DNA of 64,000 nucleotides from an uncultured Gemmatimonadota bacterium. GTDB lineage: Bacteria; GCA-2686955. The notes beneath the pieces are model-generated. The model did not search any database. It saw only the letters and a program-made list of their open reading frames with translations, and was not told where the DNA came from. The stretch covers positions 383 to 64,382 of the forward strand of contig CAZBBK010000029.1 in assembly GCA_964490075.1 (NCBI GenBank), written 5' to 3'. This document shows positions 47,015-58,200 of this stretch, in pieces (positions within the stretch are counted from its first letter, which is position 1; every line of letters starts with the position of its first letter). The position numbers and the translations under genes are program-made.

Positions 47015-50000
47015 ATGCCCCGTCCCCTTCCCGCCCTGCTCCTGGTCTTCCTCCTGCCCGCCGCCGCCCTCGGCTACAGCCAGGGCTTCAACTGCGGTGA
47101 CAACAAGAGCCGCACCGCCGCCGACGGCGTGGTCTATGCGGCGGACCGGGTCTACAACGCCGGCAACGGCGCCGGCCACATCGGCGGCGAGAGCTACCGG
47201 CCGGGGCTCTTCGACAGCGTCGACGATATTGGCGGCGTCGATTCCGTCACCCACCGGCGAATGCTCGGCTCGCGCCTGGAAGGATGGCGCGAATACCGCT
47301 TCGATTTGCCCAGCGGCGATTACGTGGTGCACCTGCATCTGCTCGAGAATTTCCACCACTGGCGCGGGCTGCGCAGCTTCTCGATCGCCGCCGAAGACGG
47401 GGCGCTGGTGCTCGATCTGGACATCTTCGCCGAGGTCGATCGGCGCTACGCCCTGGCCCTGCGCCGCGCGGTCGGGGTCACGGACGGTCAGCTCAACGTG
47501 CGGGCCGCGGCCAGCATCGACCAGACATGCATCCAGGGCATCTACGTGGAGTCCTACACCGACGACGCCACGCCGCCGCCGGTGCCGACCAACCTGGTCG
47601 CGCTGCCGAGCTACCGCGAGGCGCTCTTGCTGCTTGAGCGTCCCTGGGCCACCGACGAGCTGGGAGTGCATATCTGGCGCACCGATCTCAGCGCCGGCGG
47701 TCCCGAAGAGCGGATCACCGAGGAGCCGTTGCTCTTCGACCGCCACCGCGACCGCGGCCTGGTCCCCGGCCACCAGTACCGCTACCGCCTGAGCGCGGTC
47801 GACGCCGGCGGCAACGAGAGCGATCCGAGCGCGCCCGTCCTGGTGACGCCGCTCGGCGCCGGCGACTCGATCCTACCGGTGCGCGGCTTCGACATGGCCG
47901 AGCCCGACTTCGTCACTCTCTACACCCAGCGCGGCGACGACGACTACCTGCCGGCGCTGGTCTGGGCCGACGGCGAGCTCTGGCCCGATGCCGAGTTGCG
48001 GCTGCGCGGCAACACCACGCGCAGTCTCACCAAGAAGAACTACAAGGCGCGCACCTCGGCCGGCGATCTCTTTCCGGGCAATCGGATCAAGTGGAACCTG
48101 CAGTCGGAATGGCAGATGCCTTCGCCCTTGCGCGAGAAGCTCGGCTTCGAGTACTTCGCCATCGCCGGCGCCCACGCCTCGGCCGCCGAGTACGTCAACC
48201 TGGAGCGCGGCGACGAGTACCTGGGCGTCTATGTCGACATAGAGCAGGTCGACAAGTACTTCCTGCAGAACCGCGGTCTCTCGGCCACCGTGTGGCGTGC
48301 CGACAGCGAGGAGGCTGGTGGCGATTTCACGCGCAAACCCCGTCTCGAGCTCTACTACCCGATCTACACACTGGAGCACGGCCGCTACGCCGACTACGCC
48401 GATCTCGACGAGCTCTTCCGGGTGGTCAACGAGAGCTCTCCCGAGGAGTTCCGCACCGCGATCCGCCAGGTCGTAGACATCGACTCCTTCATGCGTTTCT
48501 ACTCGGTACAGGCGCTGCTCTCGAACTGGGACCACGTGGTTCACAACTACTTTTTGATTCGCGACCATGCATCCGGCCTGTTCCATTTCGCGCCCTGGGA
48601 CGTCCAGCTCGGTTGGGATGATGTGCGTCATCCGATCGACTACGGCACCCGCGATCACCGCTGGTTCTTCCTGTTCTACAATCGTCTCTACGAAAATCTG
48701 ATGTCTTCTCCGCAGTACGCGCGGATCTATGCAGCGACCCTCGGTACCCTCTTGCGCGACACATTTCCTCTCGACGCGGTGCAGAGCTGGATCGCGGATG
48801 ACCACGCCCTGGTACGTCCCGACGTCGAACGTGACATGCACAAGCCCGGCTACGAGGATCTGGGGCTTTTCGACGGGGAGCTCGCCTACCTGCAACAATT
48901 CATGGACGATCGGCGCGCCAACATCATCGAGCAGCTGCGCGGCTTCGCGCCACACCCGACGGTCAATCTCTTCGTCAACGAGCTGATGCGCTGGAACCTG
49001 AGCGGCATCGTCGACGAAGCGCTCGAGCACGAGCCCTGGGTCGAGATCCACAACTTCGGCACCGAGACCATTGGGCTGGAGGGGATCGGCCTGTCGCGGG
49101 ACCCCGATGAGCCGCATCAGTGGACCTTCCCCGCCGGAGCCGAGATCGGTCCCGGCGCGCATCTCGTGGTCTGGCTCGACGGCGAGCCGCTCGAGGGTCC
49201 GCTGCACACCTCCTTCCGGGCCGGAACCGGGCTGCAGTTGATCTACCTCTCACGCGCCGACGGCACCCCGATCGACGCCCTGGCGCCGGGCATGCCCGCT
49301 TTTCCGGACGTGCCCGACGCCCGCACCCCCGATGCCGGCGCCCAGATCATCCCGGTCGCCGCGCCGACTCCCGGCTCCGCCAACGATCCGCGCCCGGCGG
49401 TCGAGCTGCTGCTGGAGGGCGCCCGCGACTACCTGCCGGGAGACGAAGCCGCGGTCGAGATCGCGCTCGTCAACCACACGCCGGTGGCCGTCGACGGCGC
49501 GCTCGCGGTCACGCTGCTGGTCGGCGCCGAGGAGATCGAGCTCGAGGAGACGGCGATCCATCTCGACCCCGGCGGCTCGCTGGGCGAACGCGTCGAGCTG
49601 ATGGTGCCCCCCGGCGCTCCGGCGCTGCGCGCGACCGTGCGCGCCGAGCTGCGGGAGTCGGGGGGGCACCTGCTCAGCTCCCAGCTCTTCGAAGTCCGGG
49701 TCTGGGACGGACGCCCGATCCCACTGGTGATCAACGAGCTGATGGCAGACAACGACACCACCGTGGCCGACCCCAACGACCAGTTCGAGGACTGGGTCGA
49801 GATCCACAATCCGAGCGAGCGCAGCGTCCCGCTGGAGGGTCTCTATCTCTCGGACGACGCGTCCGATCCCACCAAGTGGGCCTTTCCCCAACGCTCGATC
49901 GCCTCCGGCGAATACCTGATCGTCTGGTGCGACGACGACGAGGACCAGGGGCCCTTGCACACCCCCTTCAAGCTCTCGGCCGCCGGGGAGGAGCTGGGGC

Positions 50001-50149
50001 TCTACGACCTCGACGTGCGCGGCAACGCGGCTATCGACTACACCGCCTTCGGCGATCTATCCGATGACCGGGTGTGGGGCCGCAGCCCGGACGGCATCGG
50101 CGAGTTCTCCCTGCTCCCCCGCGCCACCCCGGGAGCTCCCAACCCCTGA
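47015..50149 (+). CDS. Secreted multidomain CotH-kinase-family protein (malectin-like, FN3, CotH, two lamin-tail domains)
   Basis: It has a signal peptide. DGVVYAADRVYNAGNGAGHIGG is malectin-like, and PPPVPTNLVA...YRYRLSAVDAGGNESDPS is FN3. LRLRGNTTRSLTKKNYKA...NWDHVVHNYFLIRDHASGLFHFAPWDVQLGW is the CotH core. Two WVEIHN...GxxLxDD repeats are LTD domains. Confidence 0.65.
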   Translation: MPRPLPALLLVFLLPAAALGYSQGFNCGDNKSRTAADGVVYAADRVYNAGNGAGHIGGESYRPGLFDSVDDIGGVDSVTHRRMLGSRLEGWREYRFDLPSGDYVVHLHLLENFHHWRGLRSFSIAAEDGALVLDLDIFAEVDRRYALALRRAVGVTDGQLNVRAAASIDQTCIQGIYVESYTDDATPPPVPTNLVALPSYREALLLLERPWATDELGVHIWRTDLSAGGPEERITEEPLLFDRHRDRGLVPGHQYRYRLSAVDAGGNESDPSAPVLVTPLGAGDSILPVRGFDMAEPDFVTLYTQRGDDDYLPALVWADGELWPDAELRLRGNTTRSLTKKNYKARTSAGDLFPGNRIKWNLQSEWQMPSPLREKLGFEYFAIAGAHASAAEYVNLERGDEYLGVYVDIEQVDKYFLQNRGLSATVWRADSEEAGGDFTRKPRLELYYPIYTLEHGRYADYADLDELFRVVNESSPEEFRTAIRQVVDIDSFMRFYSVQALLSNWDHVVHNYFLIRDHASGLFHFAPWDVQLGWDDVRHPIDYGTRDHRWFFLFYNRLYENLMSSPQYARIYAATLGTLLRDTFPLDAVQSWIADDHALVRPDVERDMHKPGYEDLGLFDGELAYLQQFMDDRRANIIEQLRGFAPHPTVNLFVNELMRWNLSGIVDEALEHEPWVEIHNFGTETIGLEGIGLSRDPDEPHQWTFPAGAEIGPGAHLVVWLDGEPLEGPLHTSFRAGTGLQLIYLSRADGTPIDALAPGMPAFPDVPDARTPDAGAQIIPVAAPTPGSANDPRPAVELLLEGARDYLPGDEAAVEIALVNHTPVAVDGALAVTLLVGAEEIELEETAIHLDPGGSLGERVELMVPPGAPALRATVRAELRESGGHLLSSQLFEVRVWDGRPIPLVINELMADNDTTVADPNDQFEDWVEIHNPSERSVPLEGLYLSDDASDPTKWAFPQRSIASGEYLIVWCDDDEDQGPLHTPFKLSAAGEELGLYDLDVRGNAAIDYTAFGDLSDDRVWGRSPDGIGEFSLLPRATPGAPNP

Positions 50150-52162
50150 TCCCTCACTCGCCCCGGAACGCGGCGGCGGCGCCTCCCCGGCGACGTGCGC
50201 GCCGATCACCTCCAGCCAGTCGGCCCCGAACTGCCGGGCCTTGGTCGGGCCGATGCCGTGGATTTCCAGCAGCTCCTGCTGCCCCGCGGGCCGCGCCTGT
50301 GCCAGACCGCGCAAGGTCCGATCCGAGGCCACCACGAAGGGCGGCACCGCCAGCTCGCGGGCGGTCTCCAGGCGGTGCGCGCGCAGCTTTTCGAAGAGCT
50401 CCAGATCTTCGCTCTCCAGCTCCACCGCGACCGGCTTCAACGCCGCCGCCGCCGCGCGTCGGGTCACCGGGGCGGGCTGCGTGCGGCTCCGCTCGGGGGG
50501 AAGCAGAATGCGCGCCGGCTTGCGCCCGTACATCACCTCGCCACCCTCGCGGGTCAGAACCGCCAGCGGCCGCTCGCCGGTCGTGAAGCTCACCCATCCG
50601 GCGGTGACGCAGCGCCGCAGCAGGGCGATGATCCACTCGGGGCGACGATCGGCCAGCACTCCGAAGGTGCTGACCCTGTCGAGGCTGCTGCGCGATAGCC
50701 GCGGATCGGGGTCGCCGCGGAGCAGCTTGGCCGCCAGCCCGAGCCCGTAGCGGCGGTGCACTCGGGCGACCCCGCAGAGCGCCTTGCGAGCCAGCTCCGC
50801 CGCCAGCTCGGGGCCCGCCTCGGGCGTGGCCAGGCTCACGCAGACGTCGCAGCGCCCGCAGCCCTGCAACGCATCCTCCTGAGTTCCGAAGTAGCGCAGA
50901 ATCGCGTCGTGACGGCAGCTTCCGCCCTCCGCCCAGCGCATCAGCTCCAGGAAGAGCGACCACTTGTGCTCCACCACGCTTGCGTCGGGCGCGCGCCCCT
51001 CGATCTCCGCCTCGATCATCCTGCGGCGCAGCGGAAAGTCCTGGGCGGAGGAGAGCATCAGCCCCCAGGCGGGCTCCCCGTCGCGCCCGGCGCGCCCCAC
51101 CTCCTGGTAGTACGACTCCAGCGACCCCGGGGGCGCCAGGTGGATCACGGTTCGCACGTCGCCGCGATCGATGCCCATGCCGAAGGCGTTGGTGGCGACC
51201 ACCACCTCGAGCCGGCCGCTGCCGAACTCGCCCTGGGTGCGTGCCCGCTCGGCCGGCGCCAGGCCGGCATGGTAGGGATCCGAGCGCCAGCCCAGCTCGC
51301 TCAGGCGTCGCGCCTCGGCCTCGGCCATCTTGCGGGTCGGCGAATAGACGATGGCGCTGCCGCGTCCTTCGCCGGGCGCCCGCAACGCATCGGCCAGCTG
51401 GGCGTCGACGCGCCGCCGCCGCTCCGCGGCACCGGCCGTCTCCGCGGCACGCAGAATCAGGTTGGGACGGGCGAAGCCGCGGATCAGTTGCGGGGTGTCG
51501 GCGCCGAGGCCGAGGCGGGCCAGGATCTCGTCGCGCACGATCGGCGTGGCGGTCGCCGTGCAGGCCAGGATGCGGGCCTCGGGGAGGTCGCGGATCAGCG
51601 CGCCGATCTGCAAGTACTCGGGCCGGAAATCGTGCCCCCACTCGCTGATGCAATGCGCCTCGTCGATCGCCACCAGGGGGCAGTCGAGACGTCGCAGCCG
51701 GGCGCGAAAGCCGTCGAGGGCCAACCGCTCCGGCGCGACATAGATCAGCTCGTAGCGGCCCTGCTCCATGGCCTCGATGCGCCGCCCGAGCTCCGCCGAG
51801 TCGAGCGTGGACGCCAGAAAAGTGGCGGAGACGCCGCGCCGCTCGAGGCTCTCCACCTGGTCGTTCATCAGCGCGATCAAGGGCGAGATCACCAGCGTGG
51901 TGCCGCCCAGAATCAGCGCCGGCAGCTGATAGGCGAGGCTCTTACCGCCGCCGGTCGGAGCCACCAAGAGCAGCCGGCGGCGTTCCAGCAGGGTGTCGAT
52001 CGCTTCCCGCTGGCCGGGACGGAATTCGGTGAAGCCGAGGCGGATCAGCGTGGCGTCGAGAGGATCGGTGGGCACGGGCGGGGTCCGGGGTATCGGCGCC
52101 GGCGTTGTTGCCGCGGCGCGGTCCCCATCATCCGCGAAAGATGCGCCCCGGTCACTGGTCAA
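50057..52162 (-). CDS. recQ: ATP-dependent DNA helicase RecQ
   Basis: APTGGGKSLAYQLPAL, DEAHCISEWGHDFRPEY, a Zn-binding CGRCDVC, and RQC and HRDC regions are present. The 3' end overlaps the convergent CotH gene by 93 bp. Confidence 0.85.
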   Translation of the reverse strand: MTSDRGASFADDGDRAAATTPAPIPRTPPVPTDPLDATLIRLGFTEFRPGQREAIDTLLERRRLLLVAPTGGGKSLAYQLPALILGGTTLVISPLIALMNDQVESLERRGVSATFLASTLDSAELGRRIEAMEQGRYELIYVAPERLALDGFRARLRRLDCPLVAIDEAHCISEWGHDFRPEYLQIGALIRDLPEARILACTATATPIVRDEILARLGLGADTPQLIRGFARPNLILRAAETAGAAERRRRVDAQLADALRAPGEGRGSAIVYSPTRKMAEAEARRLSELGWRSDPYHAGLAPAERARTQGEFGSGRLEVVVATNAFGMGIDRGDVRTVIHLAPPGSLESYYQEVGRAGRDGEPAWGLMLSSAQDFPLRRRMIEAEIEGRAPDASVVEHKWSLFLELMRWAEGGSCRHDAILRYFGTQEDALQGCGRCDVCVSLATPEAGPELAAELARKALCGVARVHRRYGLGLAAKLLRGDPDPRLSRSSLDRVSTFGVLADRRPEWIIALLRRCVTAGWVSFTTGERPLAVLTREGGEVMYGRKPARILLPPERSRTQPAPVTRRAAAAALKPVAVELESEDLELFEKLRAHRLETARELAVPPFVVASDRTLRGLAQARPAGQQELLEIHGIGPTKARQFGADWLEVIGAHVAGEAPPPRSGASEGSGVGSSRGGAGEQGELADAVRAAAPHPVIG

Positions 52163-52202
52163 GATTCGCCGCCGCGGGTCGAAATCTGCCTCCTGGCCTG
52201 GT

Positions 52203-52718
52203 TCAGGCCCCCAGGCGTGCGAGGACGCGCAGGAACTCCATGGTGGAGATGATGCCGACGAATCGCTGCCGATCGTCGACCACCAAGACCCGGTGGATCT
52301 CCAGGCGGATCATCACCCGCGCCACCTCCGGCACCTTCATCTCGGTGGGCACGGTGTGTACCAGGGGGGTCATCAGGTCTTCCGCCACCGTGGTGTCGTC
52401 CTCGGGAATGGTGACCCGGTAGCGCTCGTCGTCCTCCTGGGTCTTGTACCACTCCTCGCGATGCTCGCTGCTCAGCACCGGCCCTTCGCTCAGATGGGTG
52501 ATCAGATCGCGCCAGGAGACGATGCCGATCACCACTCCCGACTCGTTCACCACCGGCATGCCGGAGATGTTGCTGTCGACCAGCACTCGCTCGACCTCGG
52601 CGATCGAGTCCTTGGCGTCGACCGCAACGATCTCATTGTGCATGATGTCGGCCGCGTTCAGCGCCGCCAGGTCGACCTGTTTCACCGTTTGGGACTCCGG
52701 GGCTGATAATGCTGGCAT
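52203..52718 (-). CDS. CBS-pair domain protein
   Basis: It has two CBS motifs (DIMHNEIVAVDAKDSIAEV...GMPVVNESGVVIGIVS and LMTPLVHTVPTEMKV...HRVLVVDDRQRFVGIIS). The start is uncertain. Confidence 0.55.
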   Translation of the reverse strand: MPALSAPESQTVKQVDLAALNAADIMHNEIVAVDAKDSIAEVERVLVDSNISGMPVVNESGVVIGIVSWRDLITHLSEGPVLSSEHREEWYKTQEDDERYRVTIPEDDTTVAEDLMTPLVHTVPTEMKVPEVARVMIRLEIHRVLVVDDRQRFVGIISTMEFLRVLARLGA

Positions 52719-52851
52719 CCAGTCGGGGGGCAGTGTGCTTCCCGCGCGCCGGCAGGATAGCGAAAACTCCCCGCGCACGTCAGCGCCCCGGATCAGAAAA
52801 TTTTCGAACGAACGGAAATGCTGCGGCGTGCTCGCAGCGAGGAGAGAACGA

Positions 52852-53865
52852 ATGCGCGCGATCCAGATCGAAGGCGGATTCGGCATCGACCATCTGAGAG
52901 TCGTCGAGCGGCCCGATCCGCGCCCGGCGGCGGACCAGGTGCTGGTGCGGATCGCGGCCGTCTCGCTCAACTACCGCGACCTCTTGATGGTCCGGGGCCA
53001 CTACGACCCGCGCCAACCCTTGCCCTTGGTCCCCTGCTCCGACGCCGCCGGAGTGGTGGTCGAGGTCGGCGACCAGGTCCGGCAGCTCCGGGTCGGAGAT
53101 CGGGTCATGCCGATCTTCGCTCAGGACTGGTGGGACGGGGATCCGGTGCGCGCCGCCCTGCGCTCTACCCTGGGCGGGCCGCGCGACGGCGTGCTGGCCG
53201 AGCTGGTCGCGCTGCCGGAGGCAGGCCTGGTGCCGATTCCGGCCCATCTCGACGACCGCGAGGCCGCCACCCTGCCCTGCGCCGCGCTCACCGCCTGGAG
53301 CGCACTCGTGACCCACGGAGCGATCGCCCCCGGCGCCTCCGTGCTGACTCTCGGCACCGGCGGCGTGTCGCTCTTCGCCCTGCAGCTGGCCAAGCTGCTC
53401 GGGGCACGGGTGGCGATCACCTCCTCCAGCGAGGCCAAGCTGGCGCGCGCGCAAGAGCTCGGCGCCGACCACGGCATCCACTACCCGAGCGATCCCACCT
53501 GGGGCCGCAGTGCGCGCCGCTGGGCCGGGGGAGAGGGGGTCGACCAGGTGATCGAGCTCGGCGGGGCCGGCACCCTGCCCCAATCGCTGGAGGCCGTGCG
53601 CCCGGGGGGACGGCTGAGCCTGATCGGCGTACTGGCGGGCGCCGGCGCGAAGCTCAGCCTGCTGCCGATCCTGATGCGCAACATCACCGTGCAAGGCATC
53701 TTCGTCGGCCATCGGATGGGCTTCGAGGCGCTGAACCGCGCGGCAGCCGAACACCGCCTGCGCCCGGTGATCGACCGCGTCTTCCCCTTCGAAGAGGCCG
53801 GCGCCGCGCTGGAGCACCTGGCGGGCGGAGCCCACTTCGGGAAGATCGTCATCGAGATAGCTTGA
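52852..53865 (+). CDS. Zn-independent MDR-family NADPH:quinone oxidoreductase / alcohol dehydrogenase
   Basis: It starts MRAIQIEGGFGIDHLRVVERPDP and has a Rossmann motif (LTLGTGGVSLFALQLAKLLGARV). A GAGGAG lies 9 nt before the ATG. Confidence 0.8.
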   Translation: MRAIQIEGGFGIDHLRVVERPDPRPAADQVLVRIAAVSLNYRDLLMVRGHYDPRQPLPLVPCSDAAGVVVEVGDQVRQLRVGDRVMPIFAQDWWDGDPVRAALRSTLGGPRDGVLAELVALPEAGLVPIPAHLDDREAATLPCAALTAWSALVTHGAIAPGASVLTLGTGGVSLFALQLAKLLGARVAITSSSEAKLARAQELGADHGIHYPSDPTWGRSARRWAGGEGVDQVIELGGAGTLPQSLEAVRPGGRLSLIGVLAGAGAKLSLLPILMRNITVQGIFVGHRMGFEALNRAAAEHRLRPVIDRVFPFEEAGAALEHLAGGAHFGKIVIEIA

Positions 53866-53947
53866 TGGGCGCCGTGGCGCGATCCGAACCCCTGTCCGAA
53901 TCTGCTAGCATCGGCCACCTCCTCCATACCCTCGCCGGGCCCAGACC

Positions 53948-55279
53948 ATGCCCTCCGCCGCCACCAAGCTCTTCGTGCTCGATACCAACGTCATCCTCCA
54001 CGACGCGGGGTGCATGCGCAAATTCGCCGAGCACGACGTCGCCATTCCGATCGTCGTGCTGGAAGAGCTCGATCGCTTCAAGCGCGGCAACGAGCAGATC
54101 AACGCCCAGGCCCGGCATTTCCTCCGCGAGCTCGACGGCCTGACCGGCGAGGTGGTGTTCGACGAAGGCGCCCGGCTGGGCGACGGCCTGGGGCGGGTGC
54201 GAGTGCTGGTCAACCCGAACTGGGATCCGGCGGTGCGCGAGGTGTTCCAGTCCGACACGCCCGACCACCGGATCCTCAACACCGCGCTGCGGATCCTCAA
54301 AGAGGACACCTATCGCAGCGTGATTCTGGTATCCAAAGACACCAATCTGCGCATGAAGGCCAAGTCGTTGGGCATTCCCGCTCACGACTACACCAGCGAC
54401 AAAGTCGAAAGCCTGGATAAAGTGTATTCAGGAAGGCGCATGGTGGAAGGCGTCGACGACCAACTGATCGATCTCCTGCACACCGCCCCGCATCAGCTGC
54501 CGGCCGATGAAGTGGCGATCGTCGACGAACCGGTCCCCAATGAGAACTTCATCATTCGCAACAACAACAAATCGGTGTTGGCAACGTTCGACCCCTTCGA
54601 ACGGCTCTACCATCGCGTCGAACGTTGCAGCGCCTACGGGATTCACTCGCGCAACGCCGAGCAGGCATTCGCGCTGCACGCGTTGCTCGATTCCAGGTTG
54701 CAGTTGGTGACCTTGACCGGCAAGGCCGGAACCGGCAAGACCTTGTTGGCTCTGGCCGGTGCGCTAGAGCGGCGCACACTGTTCCGGCAGATTTTCTTGG
54801 CGCGGCCGATCGTTCCTTTGAGCAACAGAGATATCGGTTTCTTGCCGGGCGATGAGCAGTCGAAGATCGGTCCCTATATGGCACCGCTCTTCGACAATCT
54901 GACCGTCATCAAACACCAGTTCATGCCGCAGGACGAGCGCTTCAACAACATCGACGCCATGCTCGAATCGAACAAGCTGGTGATTACACCCCTGGCTTAT
55001 ATTCGCGGCCGATCGTTCCAGAAAGTGTGCTTCATCGTCGACGAGGCTCAGAACTTGACGCCGCACGAGGTGAAGACGATTATCACGCGGGCCGGCGAAG
55101 GGGCCAAGATCATTCTCACCGGTGATATCGAGCAGATCGACCAGCCCTATCTGGACAGCCTGTCGAACGGCATGACCTACTTGATCAATCGCATGAAGGG
55201 GCAGAGCATCTACGCCCACATCACGCTCACCAAGGGGGAACGCTCTCCCCTGGCGGAGCTGGCCAGCCACCTTCTCTGA
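53948..55279 (+). CDS. PhoH2 (N-terminal PIN domain fused to a PhoH-like ATPase)
   Basis: The PIN domain ([12 protein letters not shown]...[10 protein letters not shown]) is followed by a PhoH P-loop ([10 protein letters not shown]) and IVDEAQN. Confidence 0.8.
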   Translation: MPSAATKLFVLDTNVILHDAGCMRKFAEHDVAIPIVVLEELDRFKRGNEQINAQARHFLRELDGLTGEVVFDEGARLGDGLGRVRVLVNPNWDPAVREVFQSDTPDHRILNTALRILKEDTYRSVILVSKDTNLRMKAKSLGIPAHDYTSDKVESLDKVYSGRRMVEGVDDQLIDLLHTAPHQLPADEVAIVDEPVPNENFIIRNNNKSVLATFDPFERLYHRVERCSAYGIHSRNAEQAFALHALLDSRLQLVTLTGKAGTGKTLLALAGALERRTLFRQIFLARPIVPLSNRDIGFLPGDEQSKIGPYMAPLFDNLTVIKHQFMPQDERFNNIDAMLESNKLVITPLAYIRGRSFQKVCFIVDEAQNLTPHEVKTIITRAGEGAKIILTGDIEQIDQPYLDSLSNGMTYLINRMKGQSIYAHITLTKGERSPLAELASHLL

Positions 55280-55299
55280 TTTGGTCCCGGATCTCCGCG

Positions 55300-58200
55300 A
55301 TGTCGCAGCCGCTGCAATTCACTCTCAACGGACGCAAGATCGAAGAGCACGATTCGTCGCCCTCGCTGACCGTGCTCGACTATCTCCGAGAGCACCAGGG
55401 GCTGCACGGCACCAAGGAGGGATGCGCGGAGGGGGACTGCGGCGCCTGCACCGTGGTGGTGCTCGACCGCGGAGCGCCGGGCGGGCCGGCCTTTCGGGCC
55501 CTGAACTCCTGCCTGATGCTGCTCGGCGAGCTGCACGGCGCCGAGCTCTTGACGGTGGAAGGGCTGGCCGAGGGCGAGACCCTGCACCCGGTGCAGCAAG
55601 CGCTGGCCGAGCACGGCGGATCGCAATGCGGCTACTGCACGCCCGGAGTGGTGATGTCGCTCTACGAGGCGGCTCAGCGCGAGAAGCTAGGGGAGCGGGA
55701 GCTGGCCGATCAGATCTCCGGCAATCTCTGTCGCTGCACCGGCTACGGTCCGATTCGCCGCGCCGCGCGCCAGGTCGCGGGAACGCAACCGGCCGATCGC
55801 CATACCGCGTTGGCGGAGCGAGCGGACGCCGGCGCGCCCCCGTTTGTGCGCTATCGCGCCGCGGGACAGCTTTTCGTGCGCCCCGCGAGCCTCGATGAGC
55901 TCTGGCCGCTGCTGGCCGAGCATCCGCGGCATCGCCTGGTGGGCGGCGCATCCGACCTGACGCTGGATGCCGCCGCGGCGCTGCGCGCGCAGCCATGCCT
56001 GGTCAGCCTGCGGGGCATCGCCGAGCTGCGCGGCGTGCGCTGCGACGACAACGCGATGCGCATCGGCGCCACGACCCCCCTCGCCGACCTGGAGGCGGTG
56101 GCCGTCGAGCGCCTGCCGATGCTGGCCGAGATGCTGCGCTATTTCGGCAGCCGCCAGATCAAGAACCTGGGAACGGTGGGCGGCAATCTGTGCACCGCCT
56201 CGCCGGTGGGCGACCTGGCGCCCTGCTTCCTGGCGCTGGGCGCCACGCTGCGGCTGGCCTCGGCCGATGGCGGCCGCTCCCTTTCGATCGATGACTTCTT
56301 CACCGGCTATCGGCGCACCGCGCTGCGCCCCGGCGAGATCCTCCTGGAGGTGGAGCTGCCCTTGCCGGCGGCCGACTCGCTGAGCACGGCCTTCAAAGTG
56401 TCGAAGCGGCGCGAGCTGGACATCGCCGCGGTGGCGGCGGCCTTCTACCTGGAGTGCGGAGCCGACTCTTCCATCGCCGTCGCGCGCGTCGCCTTCGGCG
56501 GCATGGCGGCGACTCCGGCGCGCGCGCCCTCGGTCGAGGCGGCGCTGCTCGGCGCCGAGCTCACGCCGGCCGCCTTCGAGGCCGCGGCCGCGGCCGTGGC
56601 GGACGACTTCGAGCCGATCTCCGATCTGCGCGGCTCGGCCTGGTTCCGGAGCACCCTGGCGCGCAACCTCGTGCTCGAGCTCGGTGCGGCGGCGACCCCC
56701 GCGAAAAGGCCCCGGCCGACCCGGCCCCGAGGCAGTTCCGCCGCCGAGCGCGCCCTGCCCGAGAACCCCGGCCTCCGCCCCCCCGTGCCCCACGAGAGCG
56801 GCAGGCTGCACGTCCAGGGCGCCGCCCGCTACGTCGACGAGCTGCCCGAGGCGCGCAACGCTCGCGTCGCCCTGGTGGTGGCGGGCGACGCGGCCCACGG
56901 ACGGATCGTGCGCCGCGACCGCGCCCGCGCCGAGCGCGCTCCGGGCATCGACGCGGTGCTCTTCGCCGAGGAGATCCCCGGCGACCCGATGATCGGTCCG
57001 GTCGCCCACGACGAGCCGCTCCTGGCGGCGCGCGAGGTCGACCACGCCGGCCAGGCGGTCGCCTTGATCGTGGGCGAGTCGCTCGCCGCCTGTCGCGCCG
57101 CGGCGCCCTTGCTAGAGATCGAGATCGAGCCCCTGCCGGCGATTCTCGGCATCCAGGCAGCGATCGCCGCCGACAGCTTCTTCGGCGATCCGCACGTGAT
57201 CCAGCGCGGCGCCGTCGATGCCGCCCTGGAGCGGGCCGAGGTGCGCATCTCCGGCGAGCTGGCGACCCCCGCCCAGGACCATTTCTACCTCGAGACCCAG
57301 GCCGCGCTGGCGCTGCCCGAAGAGGGGGGGAGCTGGCATATCCATACCTCCTCGCAGCATCCCTCCGAAGTGCAGCACATGGTGGCCCGGGCGCTCGGCG
57401 TCGGACGCCACCGGATCGTCTGCGAGGTGCCGCGCATGGGCGGCGGATTCGGCGGCAAAGAATCGCAGCCGGCGCACTACGCCGCCCTGGCCGCGATCGC
57501 CGCGGCGCGCGTCGGGCGCCCGGTCAAGCTGCGCCTGAGCCGCCCCGACGACATGCGCATGACCGGCCCGCGCCACCCCTGCTGGTCGCGCTATTCGGCG
57601 GGCTTCGACCGCGACGGAACGATTCGGGCCTTCGAGGTGCAGATCTACGCCGACGGCGGCTACTCGCTCGACCTCTCGCTGGCCATCCTGTCGCGCGCTC
57701 TCTTCCATCTCGACAACGCCTATTACATCCCCGAGCTGCGCTTCGAAGGGAAGATCTGCAAGACCCACAGCCCCTCGTCCACCGCCTTCCGCGGCTTCGG
57801 CGGCCCCCAGGGCATGGCCGTGATCGAGGACGCCATCAACCGTTTCGCCGAGAGCCGGGGACTCGATCCGGACGCGGTGCGCGCCCGCAACTTCTACGGC
57901 GACGCGCCGCGCGACCGCGCCCCCTATCACCAGCGCGTCCCGGAGCCGCGGCTGACGCGGATCTACACCGAGCTCAGGGCCGAGGCCGACCTGGAACGTC
58001 GCGCCGCGGACCTCGAGCGTTTCAACCGCGAGTCGCCCGAGAGCAAGCGGGCCATCGCCTTCCAGCCGGTGAAGTTCGGCATCTCGTTCACCAACAAGAT
58101 CCTCAACCAGGCCGGTGCTCTGGTCCACTTCTACGCCGACGGCACCGCGCAGCTCAACCACGGCGGCACCGAGATGGGACAGGGCCTGCACACCAAGATG

